A stretch of DNA of 64,000 nucleotides from an uncultured Lentisphaerota bacterium (lineage in GTDB: Bacteria > Verrucomicrobiota > Kiritimatiellia > RFP12 > UBA1067), in the NCBI GenBank assembly GCA_900321255.1, contig ONVK01000001.1, positions 16,907-80,906 on the forward strand, read 5' to 3'. Positions 9,039 through 17,024 of this stretch are shown here, piece after piece; positions within the stretch are counted from its first letter, which is position 1, and each line of letters starts with the position of its first letter. Made by a program: the position numbers and the translations under genes. Under the pieces are notes generated by a model that did not search any database, was not told the DNA's origin, and worked only from the letters and a program-made list of their open reading frames with translations.

Positions 9039-10235
9039 ATGAAAACGACGAAACATTATGGACCATACGGCGGACAGTACGTCGCCGAAACGCTGATGGG
9101 GCCGCTTAACGAACTTGCCGCGGCCTATCTCGAAGCGAAGGAGGACCCCGAGTTCCAGCGCGAATTCGCGGCTCTTCTCAAGGACTATGTCGGGCGCGAG
9201 TCGCCGATCACCGTCTGCAGGCGCTTGTCCGCGAAGCTCGGCGGCGCGACGATAGCCCTGAAGCGCGAGGACCTAAACCACACAGGCGCCCACAAGGTCA
9301 ACAACACGATCGGCCAGGCGCTGTTGGCTAAGCGCATGGGCAAGAAGCGGCTGATTGCGGAGACCGGCGCGGGGATGCACGGCGTCGCTACGGCGACGGT
9401 CGCCGCGCTTCTCGGAATGCCCTGCGAGGTCTACATGGGCGCGATAGACGTGAAGCGCCAGGCGCCGAATGTCGAGCGCATGAAGATGCTCGGCGCGACA
9501 GTCCACGCAATCGAGGAGGGCAGCGCGACATTGAAGGACGCGATGAACGAAGCTCTCCGCGACTGGGTCACGAACTGTGACGACACTTTCTACGTGATCG
9601 GGACGGCTGCCGGCCCCTATCCGTATCCCGAGATGGTGAAGGATTTCCAGTCCGTAATCGGACGCGAGGCGCGCCGCCAGTGCCTTGAGAAGTTCGGGCG
9701 TCTCCCCGACCAGGCGATCGCGTGCGTCGGCGGCGGGTCCAATGCCATCGGGCTCTTCGCCGGGTTCTTGGACGACGCGGGCGTAAAGCTCGTCGGCGTC
9801 GAGGCGGCTGGCAGGGGAATCGCGACGGGCGAGCACGCGGCGTCGATAAACGGCGGGCGGCTCGGCGTCCTGCACGGCGCCAAGACGATGCTGCTACAGA
9901 CAGCAGACGGCAACGTGATCGACACGTATTCCGTCTCGGCGGGTCTTGACTACCCGGGCGTCGGGCCGGAACACTGCTATCTCCACGACACGGGGCGCGC
10001 CGAATACTCGTCGATCACCGACGACGAGGCGATAGCCGCGTTCGACGACTTGTGCCGCTACGAGGGCATCATCCCCGCGCTCGAGTCGAGCCACGCGCTC
10101 GCGGAGGCGATAAAGCGCGCTCCGTCGCTTCCCAAGGAGACGATCCTCCTCGTGTGCCTCTCGGGGCGCGGCGACAAGGATCTCGAAAACATACTCGCAT
10201 ACAAGAAGAGCCGCTCTGCCGGCCAGGACATGTAA
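9039..10235 (+). CDS. trpB: tryptophan synthase beta chain
   Basis: [16 protein letters not shown] (PLP lysine), GGGSNAIG, and full-length TrpB similarity. Confidence 0.95.
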   Translation: MKTTKHYGPYGGQYVAETLMGPLNELAAAYLEAKEDPEFQREFAALLKDYVGRESPITVCRRLSAKLGGATIALKREDLNHTGAHKVNNTIGQALLAKRMGKKRLIAETGAGMHGVATATVAALLGMPCEVYMGAIDVKRQAPNVERMKMLGATVHAIEEGSATLKDAMNEALRDWVTNCDDTFYVIGTAAGPYPYPEMVKDFQSVIGREARRQCLEKFGRLPDQAIACVGGGSNAIGLFAGFLDDAGVKLVGVEAAGRGIATGEHAASINGGRLGVLHGAKTMLLQTADGNVIDTYSVSAGLDYPGVGPEHCYLHDTGRAEYSSITDDEAIAAFDDLCRYEGIIPALESSHALAEAIKRAPSLPKETILLVCLSGRGDKDLENILAYKKSRSAGQDM

Positions 10236-10292
10236 AACGCCTGCACGTTTCTGCACGTTCTACACGGCTAATGACATACAGGACGAAAAATC

Positions 10293-11033
10293 ATGAAACA
10301 GAGAATTACAGACTGCTTTGCAAAGGCCAAGTCCGAGGGGCGCGGCGCATTTGTCGCGTACATGACGATTGGCTATCCAACGCTCGAGAAAAGCGAGGCT
10401 GCCGTCGAGACGCTGATCTCGGAAGGCGCCGACATAATCGAGCTCGGCGTGCCTTTCTCCGACCCGTTTGCCGACGGCGCGGTGATACGCGCCGCCGCAT
10501 ACGAGGCGCTGCGGCAGGGAGTGACGCTGCACGACGTCATCGCGCTTGCGAAACGCGTCCGCTCGCGCCATCCAGAGACGGGACTTGTCCTCTTCTCGTA
10601 CTACAATCTTCTCTTCGCCAACGGTCTCGAGAAGTTCGCGGACGAGGCGGCAGACGCAGGGATAGACGCCGTGCTCGCGGTCGATCTGCCGCTTGAGGAG
10701 CGCGACGAACTTCTTGCGGTCCTTAGGCCGCGAGGGATGTCCTACGTTCCGCTTATCGCCCCCAACACGCCGATCGGGCGCGTAAAGGCGAGCGCGGAGG
10801 GGCTTGAGAACACGTTCCTCTACGTCATCACCGTGAAGGGCATCACTGGCGCAAGAAAGGAGCTCCCGAAGGAGCTATCCTCGCGGCTCGACGAGGTTCG
10901 CGCCGCGGTGAAGCTTCCGATCGCGGCGGGGTTCGGCATTTCCTCGAAGGAGCAGGCCGACGAGATATGCCGCCATGCCGACGGCTATATCATCGGCTCT
11001 GCACTCGTCAAGAGGTTCGGCGCTCAATCATGA
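10293..11033 (+). CDS. trpA: tryptophan synthase alpha chain
   Basis: GADIIELGVPFSDPFADG and GFGIS motifs. Confidence 0.9.
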   Translation: MKQRITDCFAKAKSEGRGAFVAYMTIGYPTLEKSEAAVETLISEGADIIELGVPFSDPFADGAVIRAAAYEALRQGVTLHDVIALAKRVRSRHPETGLVLFSYYNLLFANGLEKFADEAADAGIDAVLAVDLPLEERDELLAVLRPRGMSYVPLIAPNTPIGRVKASAEGLENTFLYVITVKGITGARKELPKELSSRLDEVRAAVKLPIAAGFGISSKEQADEICRHADGYIIGSALVKRFGAQS

Positions 11034-11623
11034 AAATCAAGGTCTGCGGAATCAACGACGCCGTGTTCGCGGCGGAGGCGGCTCGCCTTGGAGTCGACTA
11101 CCTCGGCTTCATCTTCGAGCCGTCGTCGCCCCGCTTCGTGACGCCAGAGAAGGCGAGATCAATATGTTCATGCCTCAAGCAGCGCCATGAGGCGATCGAC
11201 TCCTCTGCGTCTCTGCGTCTCTGCGTTGAAAAAAAACCGGTACTTGTAGGCGTGTTTGTCCGCGAGACCCCCGCCGAAATCATCGCGACGATGCGCCGCG
11301 TGGGACTCGACGTCGTCCAGCTGCACCGCCGTGCGACCGGAGAGGATGTCGCCGCGCTCAAGGCCGCGGGCTACGAGGTGTGGACGCTCGCCGGCGGCGC
11401 GGAGGGCGACGGAGTGCTCTTCGACTCGTCGCACGGCGACGGAGATACGGCGTTCAGGACCGGCGGCTTCAAGTCGATACTCGCCGGGCGCATTGGTGTC
11501 GAGAACGTCGCCAATGCTCTTGCGCTCAAGCCGGACATTATAGACGTGAACAGCTCCATAGAAACTGCGCCGGGGGTCAAGAGCACAATTCTCCTCGCTG
11601 GGTTTCTTGCAAAACTTCATTAA
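11030..11623 (+). CDS. trpF: phosphoribosylanthranilate isomerase
   Basis: MKIKVCGIN N-terminus and the LGVDYLGFIF and VQLH motifs. ATGA overlap with trpA. Contains an apparent roughly 26-codon low-complexity insertion (see findings). Confidence 0.85.
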   Translation: MKIKVCGINDAVFAAEAARLGVDYLGFIFEPSSPRFVTPEKARSICSCLKQRHEAIDSSASLRLCVEKKPVLVGVFVRETPAEIIATMRRVGLDVVQLHRRATGEDVAALKAAGYEVWTLAGGAEGDGVLFDSSHGDGDTAFRTGGFKSILAGRIGVENVANALALKPDIIDVNSSIETAPGVKSTILLAGFLAKLH

Positions 11624-11848
11624 TGTATGATCTTTCAGACAGGATTAAGTGATTATGTTTTAGACAGGATTAACAAGATTAACAGGATTAAGAATTTTAG
11701 AATGGAGAACAGGAGATACAGGAGTTTTTGGAGGCGCCTTCGGCGCGGGGTCTGGGGTGCAACCCCAGTCTCCCTCCTGCCTCTCCTGTCCTACCTGCCA
11801 AAATCCTGTTAATCCTGTAAATCCTGTCAAAAAAAAGAAAGGTTAAAA

Positions 11849-12997
11849 ATGAAAAACCTCGAACAGACCAGAAGGGAAATAGACAGGATAGACGAAGGGC
11901 TCGTGAAGCTCTTCCTTGAACGGCTCGCCGTGTCGCGCGATGTCGCGATGGCGAAGCTCGAGACCGGCGGGCCGGTGTCGGATCCGGCGCGCGAGCGCGA
12001 GATACTTTCGCGCGTCTCAGTGGCGGCGGGCCCGGAGAACGAGAACGCGGCGCGTCTTTTCTTCACGACGCTTTTCTCGATATCAAAGGCGAGGCAGCGC
12101 GGCATACTGAAGGGCGACTCTCCGCTCGTGCGCGAGATAAGGGGCTCGATCGCCGCGCACGCCAACCCTTTCCCGTCGCGTGCGTTCGTCGCGTGCTGCG
12201 GTACCGAGGGCTCCTACGCGCAGCAGGCGGCGACGCGGCTCGTGAAGGTGCCGACGATCATGTACTTCAACTCGTTCGAGAAGGTCTTCGAGGCGGTCGA
12301 GAAGGGGCTTTGCGCCTACGGCGTGCTTCCCGTCGAGAACTCGGCCGCGGGCTCTGTCACTGCCGTCTACGACCTGATGCAGAAGCACAGCTTCCACATC
12401 GTGCGCGCCGTCCGGCTCAGGGTCGACCACGTTCTTCTGGCGCCGCCCGGAGTGGAGCTCTCCGAAGTGCGCGAAGTCGCGAGCCACCCCCATGCGCTTG
12501 CGCAGTGCACGGCGTTTTTCAAGTCGCATCCCGAGATCAAGGCGGTCCCCGCGGCGAACACGGCGGTTGCGGCGAAGGAAGTCGCGTCTTCCGGCCGGCG
12601 CGACGTCGCGGTCATCGCCTCGCGCTCGTGCGCCGAGCTGTACGGGCTCAGGATCGTGGCGGAGAAGATACAGGACGCCGTGAGCAACTACACGCGGTTC
12701 ATCTGCATTTCGAAGGGGCTCGAGATATATCCCGACGCGAACAAGATATCGATAATGCTGTCGCTTCCGCATAGGCCTGGGTCGCTTGCCGAGATAATAT
12801 CGAAGTTCGCCGCGATAGACGTCAACCTCACAAAGCTCGAGTCGCGCCCTGTCCCAGGCGTCGACTTCGAGTTCCGCTTCATCTTCGACTTCGAGGCGTC
12901 GCCTTCCGACGGGTCGGTCCTCTGTCTTCTGTCGGAGCTTTCGCAGGACCCGGAGATAGAGCACTTCGCCTTCCTCGGCGCCTACGGCGAGCGATAG
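11849..12997 (+). CDS. pheA: bifunctional chorismate mutase / prephenate dehydratase
   Basis: N-terminal AroQ chorismate mutase (REIDRIDEGLVKLFLERL), a PDT domain (VACCGTEGSYAQQAA, VLPVENS..G) and a C-terminal ACT domain. Confidence 0.85.
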   Translation: MKNLEQTRREIDRIDEGLVKLFLERLAVSRDVAMAKLETGGPVSDPAREREILSRVSVAAGPENENAARLFFTTLFSISKARQRGILKGDSPLVREIRGSIAAHANPFPSRAFVACCGTEGSYAQQAATRLVKVPTIMYFNSFEKVFEAVEKGLCAYGVLPVENSAAGSVTAVYDLMQKHSFHIVRAVRLRVDHVLLAPPGVELSEVREVASHPHALAQCTAFFKSHPEIKAVPAANTAVAAKEVASSGRRDVAVIASRSCAELYGLRIVAEKIQDAVSNYTRFICISKGLEIYPDANKISIMLSLPHRPGSLAEIISKFAAIDVNLTKLESRPVPGVDFEFRFIFDFEASPSDGSVLCLLSELSQDPEIEHFAFLGAYGER

Positions 12998-13028
12998 CGC
13001 CTCCCGGGGCGGCGCTGCCGAATTTTTT
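12996..13028 (+). terminator. putative intrinsic terminator after pheA
   Basis: AGCGCCTCC-CGG-GGCGGCGCT hairpin followed by GCCGAATTTTTT. A second 12-bp stem (CCGAATTTCACC/GGTGAAATTCGG) follows at about 13029-13065. Confidence 0.45.
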
Positions 13029-13112
13029 CCGAATTTCACCCCTTGCGCCGAGCGGTGAAATTCGGTATCATTCCACCTACATAAAAATTGTCCCAACGGA
13101 GGCAGCACTCAA

Positions 13113-14219
13113 TTGAACAGCGAATTTCTCGTCTTTGACCATGTAACGAAGCGGTTCGGCGCGTTGACGGCGGTCAACGACGTGTCTTTTTCCGTCAAGA
13201 AGGGGGAGTTCTTCTCTCTTCTCGGCCCGTCCGGGTGCGGCAAGACGACGCTCCTCAGAATGCTCGGCGGCTTCGAGAAGCCCGATTCCGGTCGCATCTA
13301 CCTTGAAGGCAGGGACATCACCGACCTCGCGCCGAACGAGCGCCGCGTCCACACGGTGTTCCAGAACTACGCGCTTTTCCCGACGATGACGATCTGGGAC
13401 AACATCGCGTTTTCGCTCAGGCTCGCGAAGCTCCCGAAGAAGGAGATCGAGGAGAAGGTAGACGCGATACTCGACATGATCCAGATGAGCGAGCACGCGT
13501 GGAAGTACCCGAACCAGCTCTCGGGCGGCCAGAAGCAGCGCGTCGCGATAGCGCGCGCCCTCGTCGACCGGCCGAAGGTGCTTCTCCTGGACGAACCTCT
13601 CGCTGCGCTCGACCTGAAGCTCCGCCAGCACATGCTCCTCGAGCTCGACACGATCCACGACCAGGTCGGCATCACGTTCATGTACGTCACGCACGACCAG
13701 GGCGAGGCGATGTCGCTCTCCGACCGCATCGCCGTCATCAACCGCGGCCGCATCGAGCAGCTCGACGGCCCTGCCAAGATATACGAGGCCCCGTCCTCGC
13801 GCTTCGTCGCCTCGTTCATCGGCGACACGAACTTCTTCTCCGGCGAGATCGTGGCGAAAGACGGCGACTACTGCACCATCAGGCCGGACGGCTTCCCCGA
13901 CATACGCGCGTACAACGACAAGCAGCTTGAGGTCGGGCAGAAGGTCGATCTTTCCGTCCGGCCCGAGAAGATCCGCGTGACCCTCGCGCCTCCGCCGCCG
14001 GAGAAGGGCGCGTCGATAAACGTCTATCCCTCCACCGTCCAGGACATAGTCTACCAGGGCGTCTACACGAAGTACTGGATAAGCAGCTCGGGCGTGCGCG
14101 TCGCGGCCCTCAAGCCGCACTCGCGCTTCCTCCTCGACCAGGAGCCGATCACGTGGAACGACAAGGTCTTCGTCTGGTGGCATCCCGACGACGGCTACAT
14201 GGTGGAATCCGAGAAATGA
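13113..14219 (+). CDS. potA: ABC transporter ATP-binding protein, spermidine/putrescine (PotA) type
   Basis: Walker A GPSGCGKTT, FQNYALFPTMTIWDNIAF, signature LSGGQKQR, and a C-terminal TOBE domain. Probable TTG start with GGAGG 10 nt upstream. Confidence 0.8.
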   Translation: MNSEFLVFDHVTKRFGALTAVNDVSFSVKKGEFFSLLGPSGCGKTTLLRMLGGFEKPDSGRIYLEGRDITDLAPNERRVHTVFQNYALFPTMTIWDNIAFSLRLAKLPKKEIEEKVDAILDMIQMSEHAWKYPNQLSGGQKQRVAIARALVDRPKVLLLDEPLAALDLKLRQHMLLELDTIHDQVGITFMYVTHDQGEAMSLSDRIAVINRGRIEQLDGPAKIYEAPSSRFVASFIGDTNFFSGEIVAKDGDYCTIRPDGFPDIRAYNDKQLEVGQKVDLSVRPEKIRVTLAPPPPEKGASINVYPSTVQDIVYQGVYTKYWISSSGVRVAALKPHSRFLLDQEPITWNDKVFVWWHPDDGYMVESEK

Positions 14220-15130
14220 GCAGTCCGCTTCGTTCCCGCAGGGCCGAATGGCTCGTAACGGCGCCGTCGTTCCTCTGGCTCGCGCTCTTCTTCGCGGTGC
14301 CGGCTGTCATCGTCCTGGCGTTCACCTTCCACGGGCACGACATCTCCGGCGGCGTCGGGGAGTGGTCGCTCTCCACCTGGCGCGAGCTCGTCGATCCCGA
14401 CTATCCCGCGATCATCTGGAACACGATCAAGATATCCGTCGAGGTCACGATCTGGTCGATCGTGCTCGCCGTTCCGTGCGCCTACGCGATCGCGCGCATG
14501 AACCCCCGCTGGAGGGCTATAGTCGCCGGTTCGATAATGCTCCCGTTCTGGACGAGCTTCGTAGTCCGCGTATTCGCGTGGAAGACCATGCTCCATCCAG
14601 ACGGCTGGCTCCAGGCGTGCTGCAACCTCTTCTCCATCGGCGGGGGGCATTCGACGATCCTCGATTCCGAGGCGGCCGTCGTTCTCGTATCGGTCTATTC
14701 CTTCCTGCCGTTCGCGATCATGCCGCTCTACACAGCCGCCGAGAAGTTCGACTTCTCGCTCCTTGAGGCCGCGCGCGACCTGGGGGCCAAGAACTTCTAC
14801 GCTTTCCGCAAGATATTCCTGCCGGGCATCAGGCAGGGACTCGTCTCGGCCGTTCTCATGGTGTTCATCCCGGCCATCGGCTCGTACGTGATTCCCCAGA
14901 TGCTCGGCGGCACAAACTGCGTTCTCATCGGCAACAAGATATTCATGCGCGCGATCCAGAACCGCAACATACCGCATGCGTCGGCGCTTGCGACGGTGAT
15001 GGCGGTCAGCGTCCTCATCCCGATCGGGCTCGCGATGTGGTGGAAGCGGCGCCAGGACGCACGCGACCGCCAGCGGCTCGAGGCGCAGACGGCAAAGCTC
15101 TTCACGGCTGAAGGGGGGGCTGCGAAATGA
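14216..15130 (+). CDS. potB: ABC transporter permease (PotB-like)
   Basis: Six TM segments and an EAA-like loop (EAARDLGA). ATGA overlap with potA. Confidence 0.75.
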   Translation: MSSPLRSRRAEWLVTAPSFLWLALFFAVPAVIVLAFTFHGHDISGGVGEWSLSTWRELVDPDYPAIIWNTIKISVEVTIWSIVLAVPCAYAIARMNPRWRAIVAGSIMLPFWTSFVVRVFAWKTMLHPDGWLQACCNLFSIGGGHSTILDSEAAVVLVSVYSFLPFAIMPLYTAAEKFDFSLLEAARDLGAKNFYAFRKIFLPGIRQGLVSAVLMVFIPAIGSYVIPQMLGGTNCVLIGNKIFMRAIQNRNIPHASALATVMAVSVLIPIGLAMWWKRRQDARDRQRLEAQTAKLFTAEGGAAK

Positions 15131-15957
15131 AGCGTTCGATGGTCTCGGTCATGATCCTCGCCGCGGTTCTCGCGTTCCTCTACGTGCCGATAATCCTCGT
15201 CGTCGTGTACGGGTTCGTCCCTAACGGCATCTCGATGAGCTTCTTCGGCTCCGACGGCTCGTTCCTCGGCTTCACCGGGAAGTGGTACCGGTACATCTTC
15301 ACCGGGCACCAGTCGGTGAGGGCGCTGCTGCAGAGCTTCTGGCTCTCGCTCATAATCGCGGGCCTTTCGACCGTTGCCTCTTGCGCGATCGGCACGACGT
15401 CGGCGCTAGCGCTCCACAAGTGGCGCGGGCGGCTGCAGTCGATCCACCATGCGCTCGTCTACACGCCGCTCATCATGCCCGACATCCTCATCGGCATTTC
15501 GCTCCTCATGCTCTTCGCCGCGTGCCATGTGAACTGTGGCTTCTGGACTATCCTCATCGCCCACATCACGTTCTGCGTCTCGTATGTCGCCATGACGGTG
15601 CTCGCGCGGCTCCAGGACTTCGACGACCGCATCACCGAGGCGGCCTACGACCTCGGCGCGGGGCCATGGTACGCGTTCTTCCACGTGGAGCTGCCGATAC
15701 TTCTCCCCGGCATCGTCGCTGGCGGGCTTCTCGCGTTCACGCTTTCGATAGACGACGTCGTGATCACCTCGTTCGTGAACGGCGCGGGCACGAACACGTT
15801 CCCGACCTACGTCTCCTCGATGACGAAGCACTCGCGCAACCTGCCGTCGGTGTTCGCGCTCTCGACGCTGATGCTCGTATTCACCTGTGTTCTCGTCGGC
15901 CTCTCGAAGCTCATTACGTCAAAGGGCCAGGCGAAACTCAAGGTCAAGGCCTCCTGA
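15127..15957 (+). CDS. potC: ABC transporter permease (PotC-like)
   Basis: EAAYDLGA permease motif. ATGA overlap with potB. Confidence 0.75.
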   Translation: MKRSMVSVMILAAVLAFLYVPIILVVVYGFVPNGISMSFFGSDGSFLGFTGKWYRYIFTGHQSVRALLQSFWLSLIIAGLSTVASCAIGTTSALALHKWRGRLQSIHHALVYTPLIMPDILIGISLLMLFAACHVNCGFWTILIAHITFCVSYVAMTVLARLQDFDDRITEAAYDLGAGPWYAFFHVELPILLPGIVAGGLLAFTLSIDDVVITSFVNGAGTNTFPTYVSSMTKHSRNLPSVFALSTLMLVFTCVLVGLSKLITSKGQAKLKVKAS

Positions 15958-15984
15958 GCCCCGTTTCTGATTTTTCGTACCGCA

Positions 15985-16013
15985 TTGTCCAACGGAGGAA
16001 ATTGTGGTATAAT
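15985..16013 (+). promoter_or_regulatory. sigma70-type promoter (-35 TTGTCC, 17-bp spacer, TGGTATAAT)
   Basis: TTGTGGTATAAT ends 7 nt before the ATG at 16021, giving a leaderless or 1-2 nt leader. Confidence 0.5.
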
Positions 16014-16020
16014 CATTGAC

Positions 16021-16998
16021 ATGAAGATCAAGTTCATCGCCAACATCAAGGGGATATACCTTGGATATTCGTTTGAACCTTCCGATGTAGTGACCATTGG
16101 GCGCGAGATCGGAAATACCATTGCGCCGATAAACGTTGACGGCTTTTCGCGTCATCACGCGCGCATCTTCTTCAAGGACGGTGCATGGTATGTCGAAGAC
16201 GTCGGCAGCACGAACGGCACCTACCGCAACCGCGTGAAGGTCGAAGCCCCGACAAAGATCGAGAAGGGTGATTCGATCAGGTGCGGGCTAATGGAACTTG
16301 CCTCGTTTGAATTCGAACCCTCTGCCGCGCCCGCTCCTGTCACCGCGGCCGAGCCGCCGAAGCCGGTTGCACCGGTCAAGCCCACCGAGACAGTCAAGCC
16401 CATTGAGCCGCCGAAGCCCATTGCGCCGGTCAAGCCCATTGAACCGCCGAAGCCGGTTGCACCGGTCAAGCCAGTCGAGCCGCCAAAGACAGTCGCGCCT
16501 GTCAAGCCGGCGGAGCCAGTTGCCCAGCTTGAGCCAGTGACGCCGCTTGACCCCGTCACGCCTCTAGAACCCGTCGCGCCTCTAGAACCCGTCGCGCCGC
16601 TTGAGCCAGTGACGCCGCTTGAGCCAGTTGCCCAGCTTGAGCCAGTGACGCCGCTTGAGCCGATTACGCCGCTCGAGCCGATCACGCCGCTTGAACCGGT
16701 CGAGGAACTCAAGCCTGTTTCACCTGTGAAGACGGAGAAGGTCCCAACCCCTGTTGCCGCCCCGGCGACGCTTCGCCGTCCGACGATACCGGGGCTGAAG
16801 CCCGGCCTCAAGCCAGGGCTCAAGCTTCCCCAGAAGGGCGGGGCGCTCCCCGCCGGCCTGAAGCTCCCGCCCAAGGGAGGTGCGCTTCCGACGGGCCTCA
16901 AGCTTCCGCCAAAGGGGGGTGCGCTCCCGACGGGCCTCAAGCTTCCGCCCAAGCCCGGTCTCAAGCCCGGTCTCAAGGTCCCCGGCAAGGGCGTATGA
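16021..16998 (+). CDS. FHA-domain protein with proline-rich tandem-repeat tail
   Basis: An N-terminal 100 aa FHA fold ([24 protein letters not shown]). This is followed by repeats [18 protein letters not shown] (x10) and [13 protein letters not shown] (x3). Confidence 0.7.
   Translation: MKIKFIANIKGIYLGYSFEPSDVVTIGREIGNTIAPINVDGFSRHHARIFFKDGAWYVEDVGSTNGTYRNRVKVEAPTKIEKGDSIRCGLMELASFEFEPSAAPAPVTAAEPPKPVAPVKPTETVKPIEPPKPIAPVKPIEPPKPVAPVKPVEPPKTVAPVKPAEPVAQLEPVTPLDPVTPLEPVAPLEPVAPLEPVTPLEPVAQLEPVTPLEPITPLEPITPLEPVEELKPVSPVKTEKVPTPVAAPATLRRPTIPGLKPGLKPGLKLPQKGGALPAGLKLPPKGGALPTGLKLPPKGGALPTGLKLPPKPGLKPGLKVPGKGV
16330..16990 (+). repeat. coding tandem repeats (three families: about 33-bp, 18-bp and 39-bp units)
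   Basis: Directly visible periodicity in the DNA and in the translated PKPxAPVKP / LEPVTP / [13 protein letters not shown] units. Confidence 0.8.
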
Positions 16999-17024
16999 AG
17001 ACTTTTTTGAAAAGGAGTAACGAA

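Noticed and set aside
16300-16990. Considered a CRISPR array because of regular short repeats
   Set aside because: The repeats are in-frame coding repeats (PKP, LEPVTP and [13 protein letters not shown] units) inside an FHA protein, with no repeat-spacer alternation.
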